A DNA stretch of 37,868 bases from the NCBI GenBank assembly GCA_040904565.1, contig JBBDTI010000046.1:1-37868 (forward strand), in the 5' to 3' direction. The stretch is from Rhodothermales bacterium (GTDB lineage: Bacteria; Bacteroidota; Rhodothermia; Rhodothermales; VXPQ01). Positions 26,967 to 37,866 of this stretch are shown here, one piece after another. Under the pieces are notes generated by a model. It was not told the origin of the DNA. It saw only the letters and a list, made by a program, of their open reading frames with translations, and did not search any database. The translations under genes were made by a program, and so were the position numbers. Within the stretch, counting starts at the first letter, position 1; the number at the start of each line of letters is the position of its first letter.

Positions 26967-27812
26967 CTAAATCATCAGCGTCTCTTTCAGCTGTTTTGAC
27001 CGCTCCCTGCTAGCGATGACTTCGTGTTCTCCCGTAAGCAATAGCTTGTAACGCCCACTGAACCACGGAATGAGTTCCTTGATTTCGTCGAGGTGCACGA
27101 TGGCGGAGCGGTGCACGCGCATGAATCGATCGGACGGGAGCATAGACTCCAGCTGATCGAGCGTGTAATTCACGACGTGTCTGCGGAGGCGCGGCGACCC
27201 GGAGGAATCACCCTTCTCAAGCGCAAAAACGCGCGTTATGCCTTCCTCAATTTCGGCGGAGATGATCCGGTCGACGGGGACGAGGATGATGCGGTCGCTA
27301 TAAGGGACGGACAGCTGTCGCACGTGATCCTTCGATGCGCTACGATTCTCATCACCCGGCCGCCGTGCATCGATATAATCGAGCAGCTTGCCGAGCCGTT
27401 CATCGTTTAGCCCGCGGTTTTCTGCGCCGTGGACGAGCCGATGAGCGCGCTGGATGGATTCGGCGAGCCGTTCTTTAGAGATGGGCTTGAGCAGGTAATC
27501 GATGGCATTGGCTTCAAAGGCTTGAAGTGCGTAGCTGTTATAGGCCGTCGTGAATATCACCGTGGGCCGTCGCGAGGCATCCAGCCTATCGAGCAGTTCG
27601 AAACCGCTCAGTTCCGGCATCTGGATATCCAGAAAGAGGACGTCGACGCCCTCGGATTCGAGGAGGTCGAGGGCCTCGACACCGTCACCGGCCTCACCGA
27701 CGATCCGAATGCGACCCTCACTGACGTAGGGTGAAAGCAGCTTACGCAGACGCCGCCGGGCCGGTGGTTCGTCATCTACGATAAGTGCGCTTAGAGATGT
27801 AGAGTCTTTCAT
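26967..27812 (-). CDS. LytTR-family response regulator
   Basis: REC motifs IVDDEPPAR, LFLDIQMP, IFTTAY and DYLLKP; LytTR motif FMRVHRSAIV...SRER. Confidence 0.95.
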   Translation of the reverse strand: MKDSTSLSALIVDDEPPARRRLRKLLSPYVSEGRIRIVGEAGDGVEALDLLESEGVDVLFLDIQMPELSGFELLDRLDASRRPTVIFTTAYNSYALQAFEANAIDYLLKPISKERLAESIQRAHRLVHGAENRGLNDERLGKLLDYIDARRPGDENRSASKDHVRQLSVPYSDRIILVPVDRIISAEIEEGITRVFALEKGDSSGSPRLRRHVVNYTLDQLESMLPSDRFMRVHRSAIVHLDEIKELIPWFSGRYKLLLTGEHEVIASRERSKQLKETLMI

Positions 27813-27822
27813 CGCTTCACGT

Positions 27823-27860
27823 TGTCAAGACGTGGTGTCATGACAGTGTGTCAAGACGTG
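27823..27860. repeat. Three-unit repeat with 13-bp period at the kinase/regulator junction
   Basis: TGTCAAGACGTGG / TGTCATGACAGTG / TGTCAAGACGTG. The middle unit contains the palindrome TGTCATGACA. Confidence 0.7.
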
Positions 27861-30469
27861 CTCCCCGTCTCTGTGGGTTCGGAAGTCTCGTACGGCGCGG
27901 AGGTCGTGAACGATTCGCCCGCACGCCGCTGACGCGTGTTTGCGTCTAACGCGGACGGAAGTGCAGCGTTGCCATCGGTCTGCCGGGCGGGAAGTCGGAT
28001 GCGGACCGTCGTCCCTTCGTCCGGACCGCTGCGGATCGAGAGCAAATCGTCGCGACCGTACAGCTTTTCCAGGCGCGACGAGACATTTTCCAGGCCCATC
28101 CCGAAAAATTCCTGCCGTCCGGTTACGGGTTGATCCACATCGAATAGTTGCGGAATGCCGGCGCCGGAATCGAAAAGTTCTATCTCCGCTGCATCAGGCT
28201 CTACCGGTCTGCAATCGATTCGTATGAGCCCGCCTCCGCGCTTCCGGCCCACGCCGTGCTTGACCGCGTTCTCGACGAGGGTCTGCACGACGAAGGCGGG
28301 TACGGGATGTCGTCGTAGGTCTGGATGAATCTCTTGCTCCACCTGCATCGATCCGCCGAAACGCGATTGCTCGATGCTTAGATAGTGGCGGATCAACTCG
28401 AGTTCGTCCTCCATGGGAACGAACGCACTTCCGCCCGTCTGCAGGACGTAACGGAAGATAGATGCGAGATGCTCCACTACTTCCTCCGCCTCGTCCGGTC
28501 GCTCCTCGATGAGCGACACGATGGTATTGAGTGAGTTGAATAGAAAATGTGGGTTGATCTGCGCTCGAAGTGCTACAAGCTGAGCCTCCGCGGTCTCCCG
28601 CACGAGGGCGCGCTCCCGTTCGAACAGTCTCAGGCGTTCAGCAGCGAGCGCCACCTGCCCTGCCAGCGTCCGGAGCAGATCCACTTCTTCGAGATTGTAG
28701 ACCGATCGCCGACGAGATTTGAGTCCGAGCGCCAGGACACCTATCAGTTCGTCGCGAGCGACTACAGGTACGAGGAGCGCGACCTTGCGCTCGAGCAGAA
28801 GACGGTGCATGTGCTCGGGAAAGTCCACCTCGTTAAGCTCCGGGTTTCGCGCCCAGATCTGATGCGATGTAGTCAGATGAGGGCGAAGCAGCGAAACGAC
28901 GCGTTCCGTCACGTACGGTGGCTCTGGATGGTACGAGGCGGTTATCCAGGGAACGGAATCGCCTCCCGGACGGATGTAGAGCACGGCCGATCGCGCACCG
29001 AAGGTAGAGCCGACGGCCTCGACGGTTCGTTGCGCGAGCGCGTCATAATCCAGGAGGCTTCTTAGCTGCTCCTGCAGTTCCTGTACGGCCCGGTACAGCC
29101 CCTTGCGCTCTGCGACGAATAGGCTCATTCCCGATCCTCTGAAGTGTCGGATCGACCACTCGACCCCGATCAGCAGCACGACGGCGTAGAGTCCGGCTAC
29201 GATGTTGCTGGAGACGTCCAGGCGCTCCAGATACGGCTCCATCACGGAGAGGCCGCCGACAAACGCGAAGAACACGGCGCCGGAAACCACGACGTACGTA
29301 ACGCTTCGGCTCAATACCTGGCCGATCTTGCCATGTTTGAGTGTTGCATGGGACACAAGGGCCACCGGGACGACGGAAAGCAACTGGGCCGCGACGATGA
29401 GCCAACCGGACGTCGTGTCCGTCACCGCTCCAAAGAGCGGCACCACACCCAGTACCGAAAGGCCGAAGAGAAGCGCCAGCACGATCATGACGGCGCTTCC
29501 CCATCGGCTCCACGCTACGCGTATCTCCGCCGGATCGTCCGCCGGCGTCATGGTCCGCACGAGCATGATGCCACCGGCCGCGGCCACGTAGCAGCACGCA
29601 TAGAAAAGAATTGGCGCGACGAGTCCGTCTACCGTAATGGGCCCCATGCTGCCGCGTACCGTCGTAATGAAAGCGGCGGTTCCGAGTATGACGACGGGAA
29701 CGTAGACAATCATTCTGGACATCCCGACACGGCCTGCTGTCCCGGGAAGGACGTCACCAAGCACGCGGCGTACGAGGAGAGCCGGGAAGCCGATCCATCC
29801 AATCAACCCCACCACGGTGAGGGCCTGGAAAACCTGGTCGTATGTTCCGCCGATGAACATCGGCGGTCCGGCGATCTCCACCATCAGCAGGCGAATGAGA
29901 TTGCCGAAGATCCAGAGCGACGAGGCGGCGATCAGGAGGAGCGAATACTGTGAGGCCCGACTCCGGAAGGCAAACGGTCCGACGATGATGAGTCCGACTA
30001 CGTGAACGAAGCCGGCTACGAAAAATCCCCATACGGAAAAATGCCACAGCGTCGCGGAGAGGGGGTACAGAAAAGTGGGATATCGTGTAAACTGGACGTT
30101 GGCTTCGATGAAGGAGCCGTTTCGTTGGACGACGTACGTTCGTGAGGCCCCAGCCTCGATACCCTCTATGGCTCGCTGGAGATCTTCGACGTTGAAGTAC
30201 TGCTGACCTTCCAGCATGAAGAAAACGTCTCCGTCCTCAAGACCGGCCTGCGCTGCCGGGCCGAGAGGTGGTACGTACGCCGCTGAAATAATACCTTCAT
30301 CTTCCGTCCAGTGGATCCAGTCGAAGCTCCGGCCCGTCATCTGAACGGTCGTTCCGGACAGCACTCGGTTAAGAGCGATCCAGTCGGCAACCATGCGCCC
30401 GAGCGGAATCAGAGAGACGAAAGCCGCGATCCAGATGAGAACGCGCGTTATGTTTGCGATTCGCTTCAC
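27851..30469 (-). CDS. LytS/YehU-type membrane histidine kinase with periplasmic PDZ-like domain, multiple TM helices and GAF
   Basis: PDZ-like GPAAQAGLEDGDVF; about 9-10 hydrophobic segments; GAF (LLVPVV..ELIGVLALG); LRAQINPHFLFNSLN, TLVENAVKHG, DSGAGI and GMGLENV. Confidence 0.9.
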   Translation of the reverse strand: MKRIANITRVLIWIAAFVSLIPLGRMVADWIALNRVLSGTTVQMTGRSFDWIHWTEDEGIISAAYVPPLGPAAQAGLEDGDVFFMLEGQQYFNVEDLQRAIEGIEAGASRTYVVQRNGSFIEANVQFTRYPTFLYPLSATLWHFSVWGFFVAGFVHVVGLIIVGPFAFRSRASQYSLLLIAASSLWIFGNLIRLLMVEIAGPPMFIGGTYDQVFQALTVVGLIGWIGFPALLVRRVLGDVLPGTAGRVGMSRMIVYVPVVILGTAAFITTVRGSMGPITVDGLVAPILFYACCYVAAAGGIMLVRTMTPADDPAEIRVAWSRWGSAVMIVLALLFGLSVLGVVPLFGAVTDTTSGWLIVAAQLLSVVPVALVSHATLKHGKIGQVLSRSVTYVVVSGAVFFAFVGGLSVMEPYLERLDVSSNIVAGLYAVVLLIGVEWSIRHFRGSGMSLFVAERKGLYRAVQELQEQLRSLLDYDALAQRTVEAVGSTFGARSAVLYIRPGGDSVPWITASYHPEPPYVTERVVSLLRPHLTTSHQIWARNPELNEVDFPEHMHRLLLERKVALLVPVVARDELIGVLALGLKSRRRSVYNLEEVDLLRTLAGQVALAAERLRLFERERALVRETAEAQLVALRAQINPHFLFNSLNTIVSLIEERPDEAEEVVEHLASIFRYVLQTGGSAFVPMEDELELIRHYLSIEQSRFGGSMQVEQEIHPDLRRHPVPAFVVQTLVENAVKHGVGRKRGGGLIRIDCRPVEPDAAEIELFDSGAGIPQLFDVDQPVTGRQEFFGMGLENVSSRLEKLYGRDDLLSIRSGPDEGTTVRIRLPARQTDGNAALPSALDANTRQRRAGESFTTSAPYETSEPTETGSTS

Positions 30470-30650
30470 GCGATGGAAGACAGGGTTAGATCCAGTTATT
30501 TCAATGTGTTACCGCGCTTGAGCCTACAACATCAATCGCACGCCTCCCGACAGGTTCCTGGATGGCCCGGGCGAGCGGCGTCCACGCCACGTTCGTTCCG
30601 CCTGGCATGTATGGTACAATTTCCTTCGATCAAGAAACCAACGCCACGTG

Positions 30651-31427
30651 ATGCTGATCGACACGCACGCCCACATGTATCTGGACGCATTCGACGACGA
30701 CGTCGATGAGGTCGTCGATCGCGCGAGAGCGGCAGGAGTCGAGAAGATCGTTTTGCCGGCTATCGACGTCCCGTCGATTCATCGTGCCCTCGATCTCTGC
30801 GACCGCTACGACGGCATGTTCGCCATGGCGGCCCTTCATCCGTCCGAAACGCGCGATGCGACGGAATCGGATTTCGAGGCTGTAGTCGATCTCTGTCGGG
30901 AGGACCACGTCGTCGCCGTTGGCGAGACGGGGCTGGACTATTACTGGGACCGGTCGTTCGACGATCGGCAGCACGCCTTCCTACGGCGTCACATTCAGCT
31001 GGCCCTCGACCGTGACCTGCCGATCGTGTTTCACAACCGGGAGGCTTTCGAGGATCTTATTTCCATCGTTGAGGAAGTGCGTAGTGAACTCGACGATCCG
31101 CAACATCTTCGCGGGATATTCCACTGTTTTACGGGGACGCCCGCCGAGGCGGAGCGCGTTGCCGATGCGGGGTTCCATGTCGGCATCGGGGGAATTCTGA
31201 CCTTCAAGAACGCCGGACTGGACGAGGCCGTTCGAGTGATTCCGCTCGAGCAGATCGTTCTGGAGACCGATGCGCCATATCTCGCGCCCGTTCCGCATCG
31301 CGGCAACCGCAACGAGCCGGCCTACGTTCGCTTCATCGCGGAACGCGTAGCCGACCTGAAGGAACTCGATCTGGAACGCGTCGCGCAGGTAACGACTCGA
31401 AACGCGGATGCGCTCTTCGGCATCTAA
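30651..31427 (+). CDS. tatD: TatD family metal-dependent nuclease
   Basis: LIDTHAH, LHP, VGETGLDYY, FHNRE, FHCF, LETDAPYLAP and RNEP. Confidence 0.93.
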   Translation: MLIDTHAHMYLDAFDDDVDEVVDRARAAGVEKIVLPAIDVPSIHRALDLCDRYDGMFAMAALHPSETRDATESDFEAVVDLCREDHVVAVGETGLDYYWDRSFDDRQHAFLRRHIQLALDRDLPIVFHNREAFEDLISIVEEVRSELDDPQHLRGIFHCFTGTPAEAERVADAGFHVGIGGILTFKNAGLDEAVRVIPLEQIVLETDAPYLAPVPHRGNRNEPAYVRFIAERVADLKELDLERVAQVTTRNADALFGI

Positions 31428-31498
31428 ACGAGACGGGCTCGGACCATTCGTAGCAGGGGGCGGGATGAGCGACGCCGGAAGAAAAGATCGGGCCTAAT

Positions 31499-31545
31499 AC
31501 ACGACCGGCCGCGATCGTTCTTGCAACGGTCGCGGCCGGTCGTGT
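31499..31545. terminator. 21-bp inverted repeat between convergent tatD and dnaK (probable bidirectional terminator or stabilising hairpin)
   Basis: ACACGACCGGCCGCGATCGTT-CTTGC-AACGGTCGCGGCCGGTCGTGT with one T:G pair; no strong U tract. Confidence 0.6.
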
Positions 31546-31605
31546 TCGGATCGTGGGTGTGCCGATGAGCATCCGCCAACAGATCCACTCCGTCGAAAAG
31601 GGAGA

Positions 31606-33543
<1,938 letters not shown>

Positions 33544-33584
33544 CTATGCTTGTTGGCTCGGTTATCCTGCTGTAATTCGGGTCG

Positions 33585-33650
33585 CCGGTCACTGTCGTCC
33601 GGTCACTGTCGTCCGGTCACTGTCGCTGATCTCTGTCGCCATCCCTGTCA
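33585..33650. repeat. 14-bp tandem repeat upstream of dnaK
   Basis: CCGGTCACTGTCGT twice, CCGGTCACTGTCG once, then degenerate CTGATCTCTGTCG and CCATCCCTGTCA. Confidence 0.85.
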
Positions 33651-33690
33651 GCGAGGCTTCCTGTCTGCGGCGAACCATGGAATGAATGGT

Positions 33691-33705
33691 TCAATAACGA
33701 TGCCG
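33691..33705 (-). promoter_or_regulatory. Sigma54-like (-24/-12) promoter candidate for dnaK
   Basis: Minus strand reads CGGCATCGTTATTGA (GG-N10-GA) versus the consensus TGGCACG-N4-TTGC. Confidence 0.4.
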
Positions 33706-33925
33706 GAAACAGGTTTGCGCCACATTGACAGGATTCCTACGACCTCCGGTGGAACGAGCGAGACGCACGCCCGCCATTTCGGCGAGTGGCGGCGCGAGGA
33801 TATGCTAGAATGGCGGGTCGGGAGGAATCTGCATGCATTCTTATGAACGTCTGGCGATTTACGCAGGTTGGCTGAAGGAGAGACAGCAAGTGGCTATATT
33901 GCCTTTCCCGTCAGCGAAACACCCT

Positions 33926-34501
33926 ATGAAGTACGTCCCCAATGTGCTAACGATCGGGCGGATCGTCGTAACGCCGATCATGCTTGTCCTGTTGTATTCG
34001 GACACGCTTGTCGGAATTTCGGGTGCCCTCGTGCTTTTCGTACTCGCGGCGATATCGGATTATCTCGATGGGAGGATTGCTCGACAGTACAAGGTTGGAT
34101 CTCGAATCGGGCAGTTTCTGGATCCGCTGGCCGATAAGGTACTCGTGTTGGGTACGTTCGTCGTCTTCGCCATCATGATACCACGCATCGTGCCCTGGTG
34201 GGGTGTAGGGCTGATCGCACTGCGGGATGCGGGCGTAACAGGGCTGCGGTCCTGGGTAGAATCACAAGGTCTGAGTCTCCGGACCTTGCCGATGGCCAAA
34301 GCCAAAACGGCGGCGCAGCTTACGTTCCTGATCGCGATGCTGGTCGTGTTGACGGCCGAGAAAACATCGGGAGGAGCCAGTGAGATTGCCATGTGGATTC
34401 TCGCGTCATGGGTGCCGTTCGCCGCGTTCCTGCTGGTGATGCTCGTCACGGTACTGACGGGATTGGCCTATTTTGTACGGCTCGACTATTCGTCTCAATA
34501 G
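33926..34501 (+). CDS. pgsA: CDP-diacylglycerol--glycerol-3-phosphate 3-phosphatidyltransferase
   Basis: VPNVLTIGR, DYLDGRIAR...S.IGQFLDPLADK and AKAKTAAQ; ATG 33926. Confidence 0.88.
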   Translation: MKYVPNVLTIGRIVVTPIMLVLLYSDTLVGISGALVLFVLAAISDYLDGRIARQYKVGSRIGQFLDPLADKVLVLGTFVVFAIMIPRIVPWWGVGLIALRDAGVTGLRSWVESQGLSLRTLPMAKAKTAAQLTFLIAMLVVLTAEKTSGGASEIAMWILASWVPFAAFLLVMLVTVLTGLAYFVRLDYSSQ

Positions 34502-34589
34502 GTTTTTTTACGCGTACCTGTCGCCGGAGGCGTACTCCGGCCGGGCATCCCGTCAGATAGTTTCAGAGTAACTGGTCGATCGAACGTTT

Positions 34590-35237
34590 ATGTCGGAATC
34601 CTCCGTAGCTCGGCGCATCGCCAGGCATCTATTGCGTATTCAGGCCGTCAGCTTTTCACCCGACGCCCCCTTTACCTGGGCATCCGGACTCCGGTCACCC
34701 GTGTATTGCGATAATAGAATTACGATTTCGTATCCCGACGTGCGACGGGATATCTGTGAGGCCTTCCAGGATGCGCTCCAGGCACGGAGTGACATCCCAG
34801 AGGTCATCGCAGGGACGGCGACGGCCGGTATTCCGCATGCGGCCTGGCTGGCGGATCGTCTGGATCTACCCATGATCTACGTGCGATCCAGGCCGAAGGG
34901 GCATGGGAGCGGCTCGCAGATAGAAGGTCGGTTGCTCGCGGGTCAGTCTGTCGTCGTCATCGAAGACCTTGTGTCGACGGGAGGTTCGTCACGTCACGTC
35001 GTAGAGGCCCTCCGGGACGCCGGTGCACGGGTTGCGTCGGTCCTGGCTATCTTTTCGTATGAATTGGATGCAGCGGACCGTACGTTCACGGATCTCGACG
35101 TGCCGCTCCACACACTCACTCGATTCCAGGAACTATTCGATGCTGCCAGGGAGATGGGTACGTTGACCGAGGCCTCAATCGGGTCGATTCTGGAATGGAG
35201 AGCGAACCCGCAGCAATGGTCCGACCAACATATTTGA
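34590..35237 (+). CDS. pyrE: Orotate phosphoribosyltransferase
   Basis: PFTWASGLRSPVYCDNR, GTATAGIPHA, YVRSRPKGHG and VVVIEDLVSTGGS. Confidence 0.96.
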   Translation: MSESSVARRIARHLLRIQAVSFSPDAPFTWASGLRSPVYCDNRITISYPDVRRDICEAFQDALQARSDIPEVIAGTATAGIPHAAWLADRLDLPMIYVRSRPKGHGSGSQIEGRLLAGQSVVVIEDLVSTGGSSRHVVEALRDAGARVASVLAIFSYELDAADRTFTDLDVPLHTLTRFQELFDAAREMGTLTEASIGSILEWRANPQQWSDQHI

Positions 35238-35249
35238 TTCAACCAGTAT

Positions 35250-36512
35250 ATGCGCGCAGTTCTCTTGACGATCGGCGACGAACTGTTGATCGGGCAGGTC
35301 GTCGACTCGAATGCCGCCTGGCTGGGTGAGCAGTTGAGTCTCTCGGGTATCGACGTAACACGAACCGTCACGGTTGGCGACGATCTGGTCGAACTTGAAC
35401 GCGAGCTCGCCCGAGCACTCGACGAAAGTGATCTGGTTGTGACGACGGGTGGTCTCGGCCCGACGCACGACGACGTGACGCGCGAGGCCATTGCCGAAGT
35501 GTACGGCGTCGATCTGGAATTTCATCCGGGGACCTTTGATCGCATACGCCGGCGGTTCGAAAGCCGGGGTCGACGGATGCCGGACAGCAACCGGGCGCAG
35601 GCGATGGTGCCGGCCGGTTTTGCCGTACTTCCCAATCCGGCAGGGACGGCGCCCGGGCTATGGCGCGAAGGGGTGCGCAGTGTAAATGGCCGGGCTATGC
35701 TTGCGGTCCTGCCCGGTGTGCCGCACGAAATGAAGCGCCTGTTTCGAGACGAGGTGCAGCCGCGCGTCCTAGAGCGCGGTAACGTTCGTATGATCGAACA
35801 TCGTACACTGCGTACCGCCGGCATAGGTGAATCGAATTTGCAGGATGCGATAGGTGATCTTTCAGACGTATTGCAGGACACGCTGCGTCTGGCATATTTA
35901 CCCAGCACGACCGGGGTACGCCTGCGGCTCACGGCGTTCGGTAAGAGCGGCAGCGACGTGCATGCTCATCTCCAAGAGTTCGAGGGGATACTGCGCGAGC
36001 GGATCGGGCGATTCATCTACGGTACGGAGAATGAATCGCTCGAAGGCGTTGTCGGTCGCCTGCTACGGGAGAGAAATCTTACGATTGCGGTCGCTGAAAG
36101 CTGCACCGGCGGATACGTCGCGCACACCATCACGAACGTGTCAGGCTCGTCGTCGTACATGCTGGGCGGTGTGATCGCGTATTCGAATCGCATTAAGACG
36201 GAACTGCTTGGGGTGGATCCCGAGGTACTCGAGGGCGACGGCGCGGTCAGCGAGGCCGTCGCGCGCCAGATGGCCGCAGGTATTCGCGAACATATGGACG
36301 CGGACATCGGGGTGTCGACGACAGGGATCGCCGGACCTACCGGCGGTACGTCTGAGAAACCGGTCGGAACCGTCTGGATCGGCTATGCGGATCGGTCGCG
36401 TGTCGAAGCACGCCTGCTGCGGCTCGTTGAGGAGCGTCTGCTTAACAAGGAGCTGACCACGACGCTGCTTCTAGACCACGTACGACGAAATGTGCTCAAA
36501 ATAAGCACGTGA
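35250..36512 (+). CDS. cinA: CinA-like protein (MocF domain plus PncC NMN deamidase)
   Basis: IGDELLIG..VDSN, TGGLGPTHDDVT, GTAPG and LPGVPHEM; AESCTGG, GAVS and TGIAGPTGG..EKPVGTV. Confidence 0.95.
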   Translation: MRAVLLTIGDELLIGQVVDSNAAWLGEQLSLSGIDVTRTVTVGDDLVELERELARALDESDLVVTTGGLGPTHDDVTREAIAEVYGVDLEFHPGTFDRIRRRFESRGRRMPDSNRAQAMVPAGFAVLPNPAGTAPGLWREGVRSVNGRAMLAVLPGVPHEMKRLFRDEVQPRVLERGNVRMIEHRTLRTAGIGESNLQDAIGDLSDVLQDTLRLAYLPSTTGVRLRLTAFGKSGSDVHAHLQEFEGILRERIGRFIYGTENESLEGVVGRLLRERNLTIAVAESCTGGYVAHTITNVSGSSSYMLGGVIAYSNRIKTELLGVDPEVLEGDGAVSEAVARQMAAGIREHMDADIGVSTTGIAGPTGGTSEKPVGTVWIGYADRSRVEARLLRLVEERLLNKELTTTLLLDHVRRNVLKIST

Positions 36513-36666
36513 AGGTTATGTCCGCGGTCCAGACGTGTCTATAGGGAAAACGACGGTCTCCATCAGCGGCACGAGGAGGCGGCCCGGCCTCGGCATAAAT
36601 ATTATCAGCCACGTTTATGACAGAGGGGTGACATACCTTGTTCGTATCTTGAATAGAGATATACGC

Positions 36667-36736
36667 CTCGCGGCAATAGAGCTTGCGGCAATAGAGCGAC
36701 CTGTCTGGCGGCATTCCGGCCTCGCGGCCTTCCGGC
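36667..36736. repeat. Two pairs of short direct repeats in the recA upstream region
   Basis: CTCGCGGCAATAGAG / CTTGCGGCAATAGAG in tandem (36667-36696); GCGGCATTCCGGC / GCGGCCTTCCGGC at 36708 and 36724. Confidence 0.75.
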
Positions 36737-36807
36737 AAGCGGGACGTGAGCGGGCATCATGCGTGCCATCCACTGTGAATATTTTCCATTTATAGAGCGC
36801 ACCAAAC

Positions 36808-37866
36808 ATGGCTTCGAACGACGGAAAAACGAAAGCGCTGGACCTGGCGGTCAAGCAAATCGAAAAGCAATACGGTAAGGGTGCGATCATGCGGATGGGT
36901 GACCAGCCGGCCGTGCAGATCGCCTCCATTCCGACGGGATCTCTTATGCTGGATGCCGCGCTGGGTGTCGGCGGCGTGCCGCGCGGACGTATCGTCGAGA
37001 TCTACGGGCCGGAATCGTCGGGCAAGACGACCCTCGCGACCCATATCATAGCGGAAGCGCAGGCCATGGGCGGTACGTGTGCCTTCATCGATGCCGAGCA
37101 TGCCTTCGATGTCAACTATGCTGAAAAACTCGGCGTAGTCGTTGACAATATGCTCGTCGCGCAGCCGGACACGGGAGAACAGGCGCTCAACATCACGGAA
37201 ATGCTCGTGCGCAGCGGGGCGGTGGACATCGTCGTAATCGATTCCGTAGCCGCACTCGTGCCGCAGGCCGAGATTGAGGGTGAGATGGGTGATAGCCACG
37301 TCGGATTGCAGGCGCGACTGATGAGCCAGGCTCTCCGAAAGCTGACCGGTACGCTCAGTCGCACGAAGACGGTGCTGATCTTCATCAATCAGATTCGTGT
37401 GAAGATCGGCGTCATGTTCGGTAATCCTGAGACGACGTCAGGCGGACGGGCGCTGAAGTTCTATGCATCCATTCGCATGGACATTCGCCGGATTGGTGCG
37501 ATAAAGGATGGAACGGACGTGATCGGCAATCGAACTCGGGTGAAGGTCGTCAAGAACAAGACGGCACCACCGTTTAAGCAGGCGGAATTCGACATCGTCT
37601 ACGGAGAAGGTATCTCTGCCGTTGGCGAACTCATCGATCTTGGCTGCGAGTACAAAATACTGCAAAAGGCAGGATCGTGGTATTCGTACGGCGAGGACAC
37701 GATCGGGCAGGGTCGAGAGGCGGCGAAGACCTGGCTGAGAGAAAACGATGAGGAACGCGAGACGATCAAACACGCGGTTCGGAAAGAGCTCGGACTGGCA
37801 GACGACGATTCCGAGGAGGGGGAAGTGGACGAGGACGAAGTGGCAACCAACGGGGTCGCATCCTAG
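36808..37866 (+). CDS. recA: Recombinase RecA
   Basis: [36 protein letters not shown] and [10 protein letters not shown]; acidic tail; complete with TAG at 37864-37866. Confidence 0.99.
   Translation: MASNDGKTKALDLAVKQIEKQYGKGAIMRMGDQPAVQIASIPTGSLMLDAALGVGGVPRGRIVEIYGPESSGKTTLATHIIAEAQAMGGTCAFIDAEHAFDVNYAEKLGVVVDNMLVAQPDTGEQALNITEMLVRSGAVDIVVIDSVAALVPQAEIEGEMGDSHVGLQARLMSQALRKLTGTLSRTKTVLIFINQIRVKIGVMFGNPETTSGGRALKFYASIRMDIRRIGAIKDGTDVIGNRTRVKVVKNKTAPPFKQAEFDIVYGEGISAVGELIDLGCEYKILQKAGSWYSYGEDTIGQGREAAKTWLRENDEERETIKHAVRKELGLADDDSEEGEVDEDEVATNGVAS

Noticed and set aside
33585-33650. Mini CRISPR array
   Set aside because: Units are 14 bp and contiguous, with no spacers and no cas genes.
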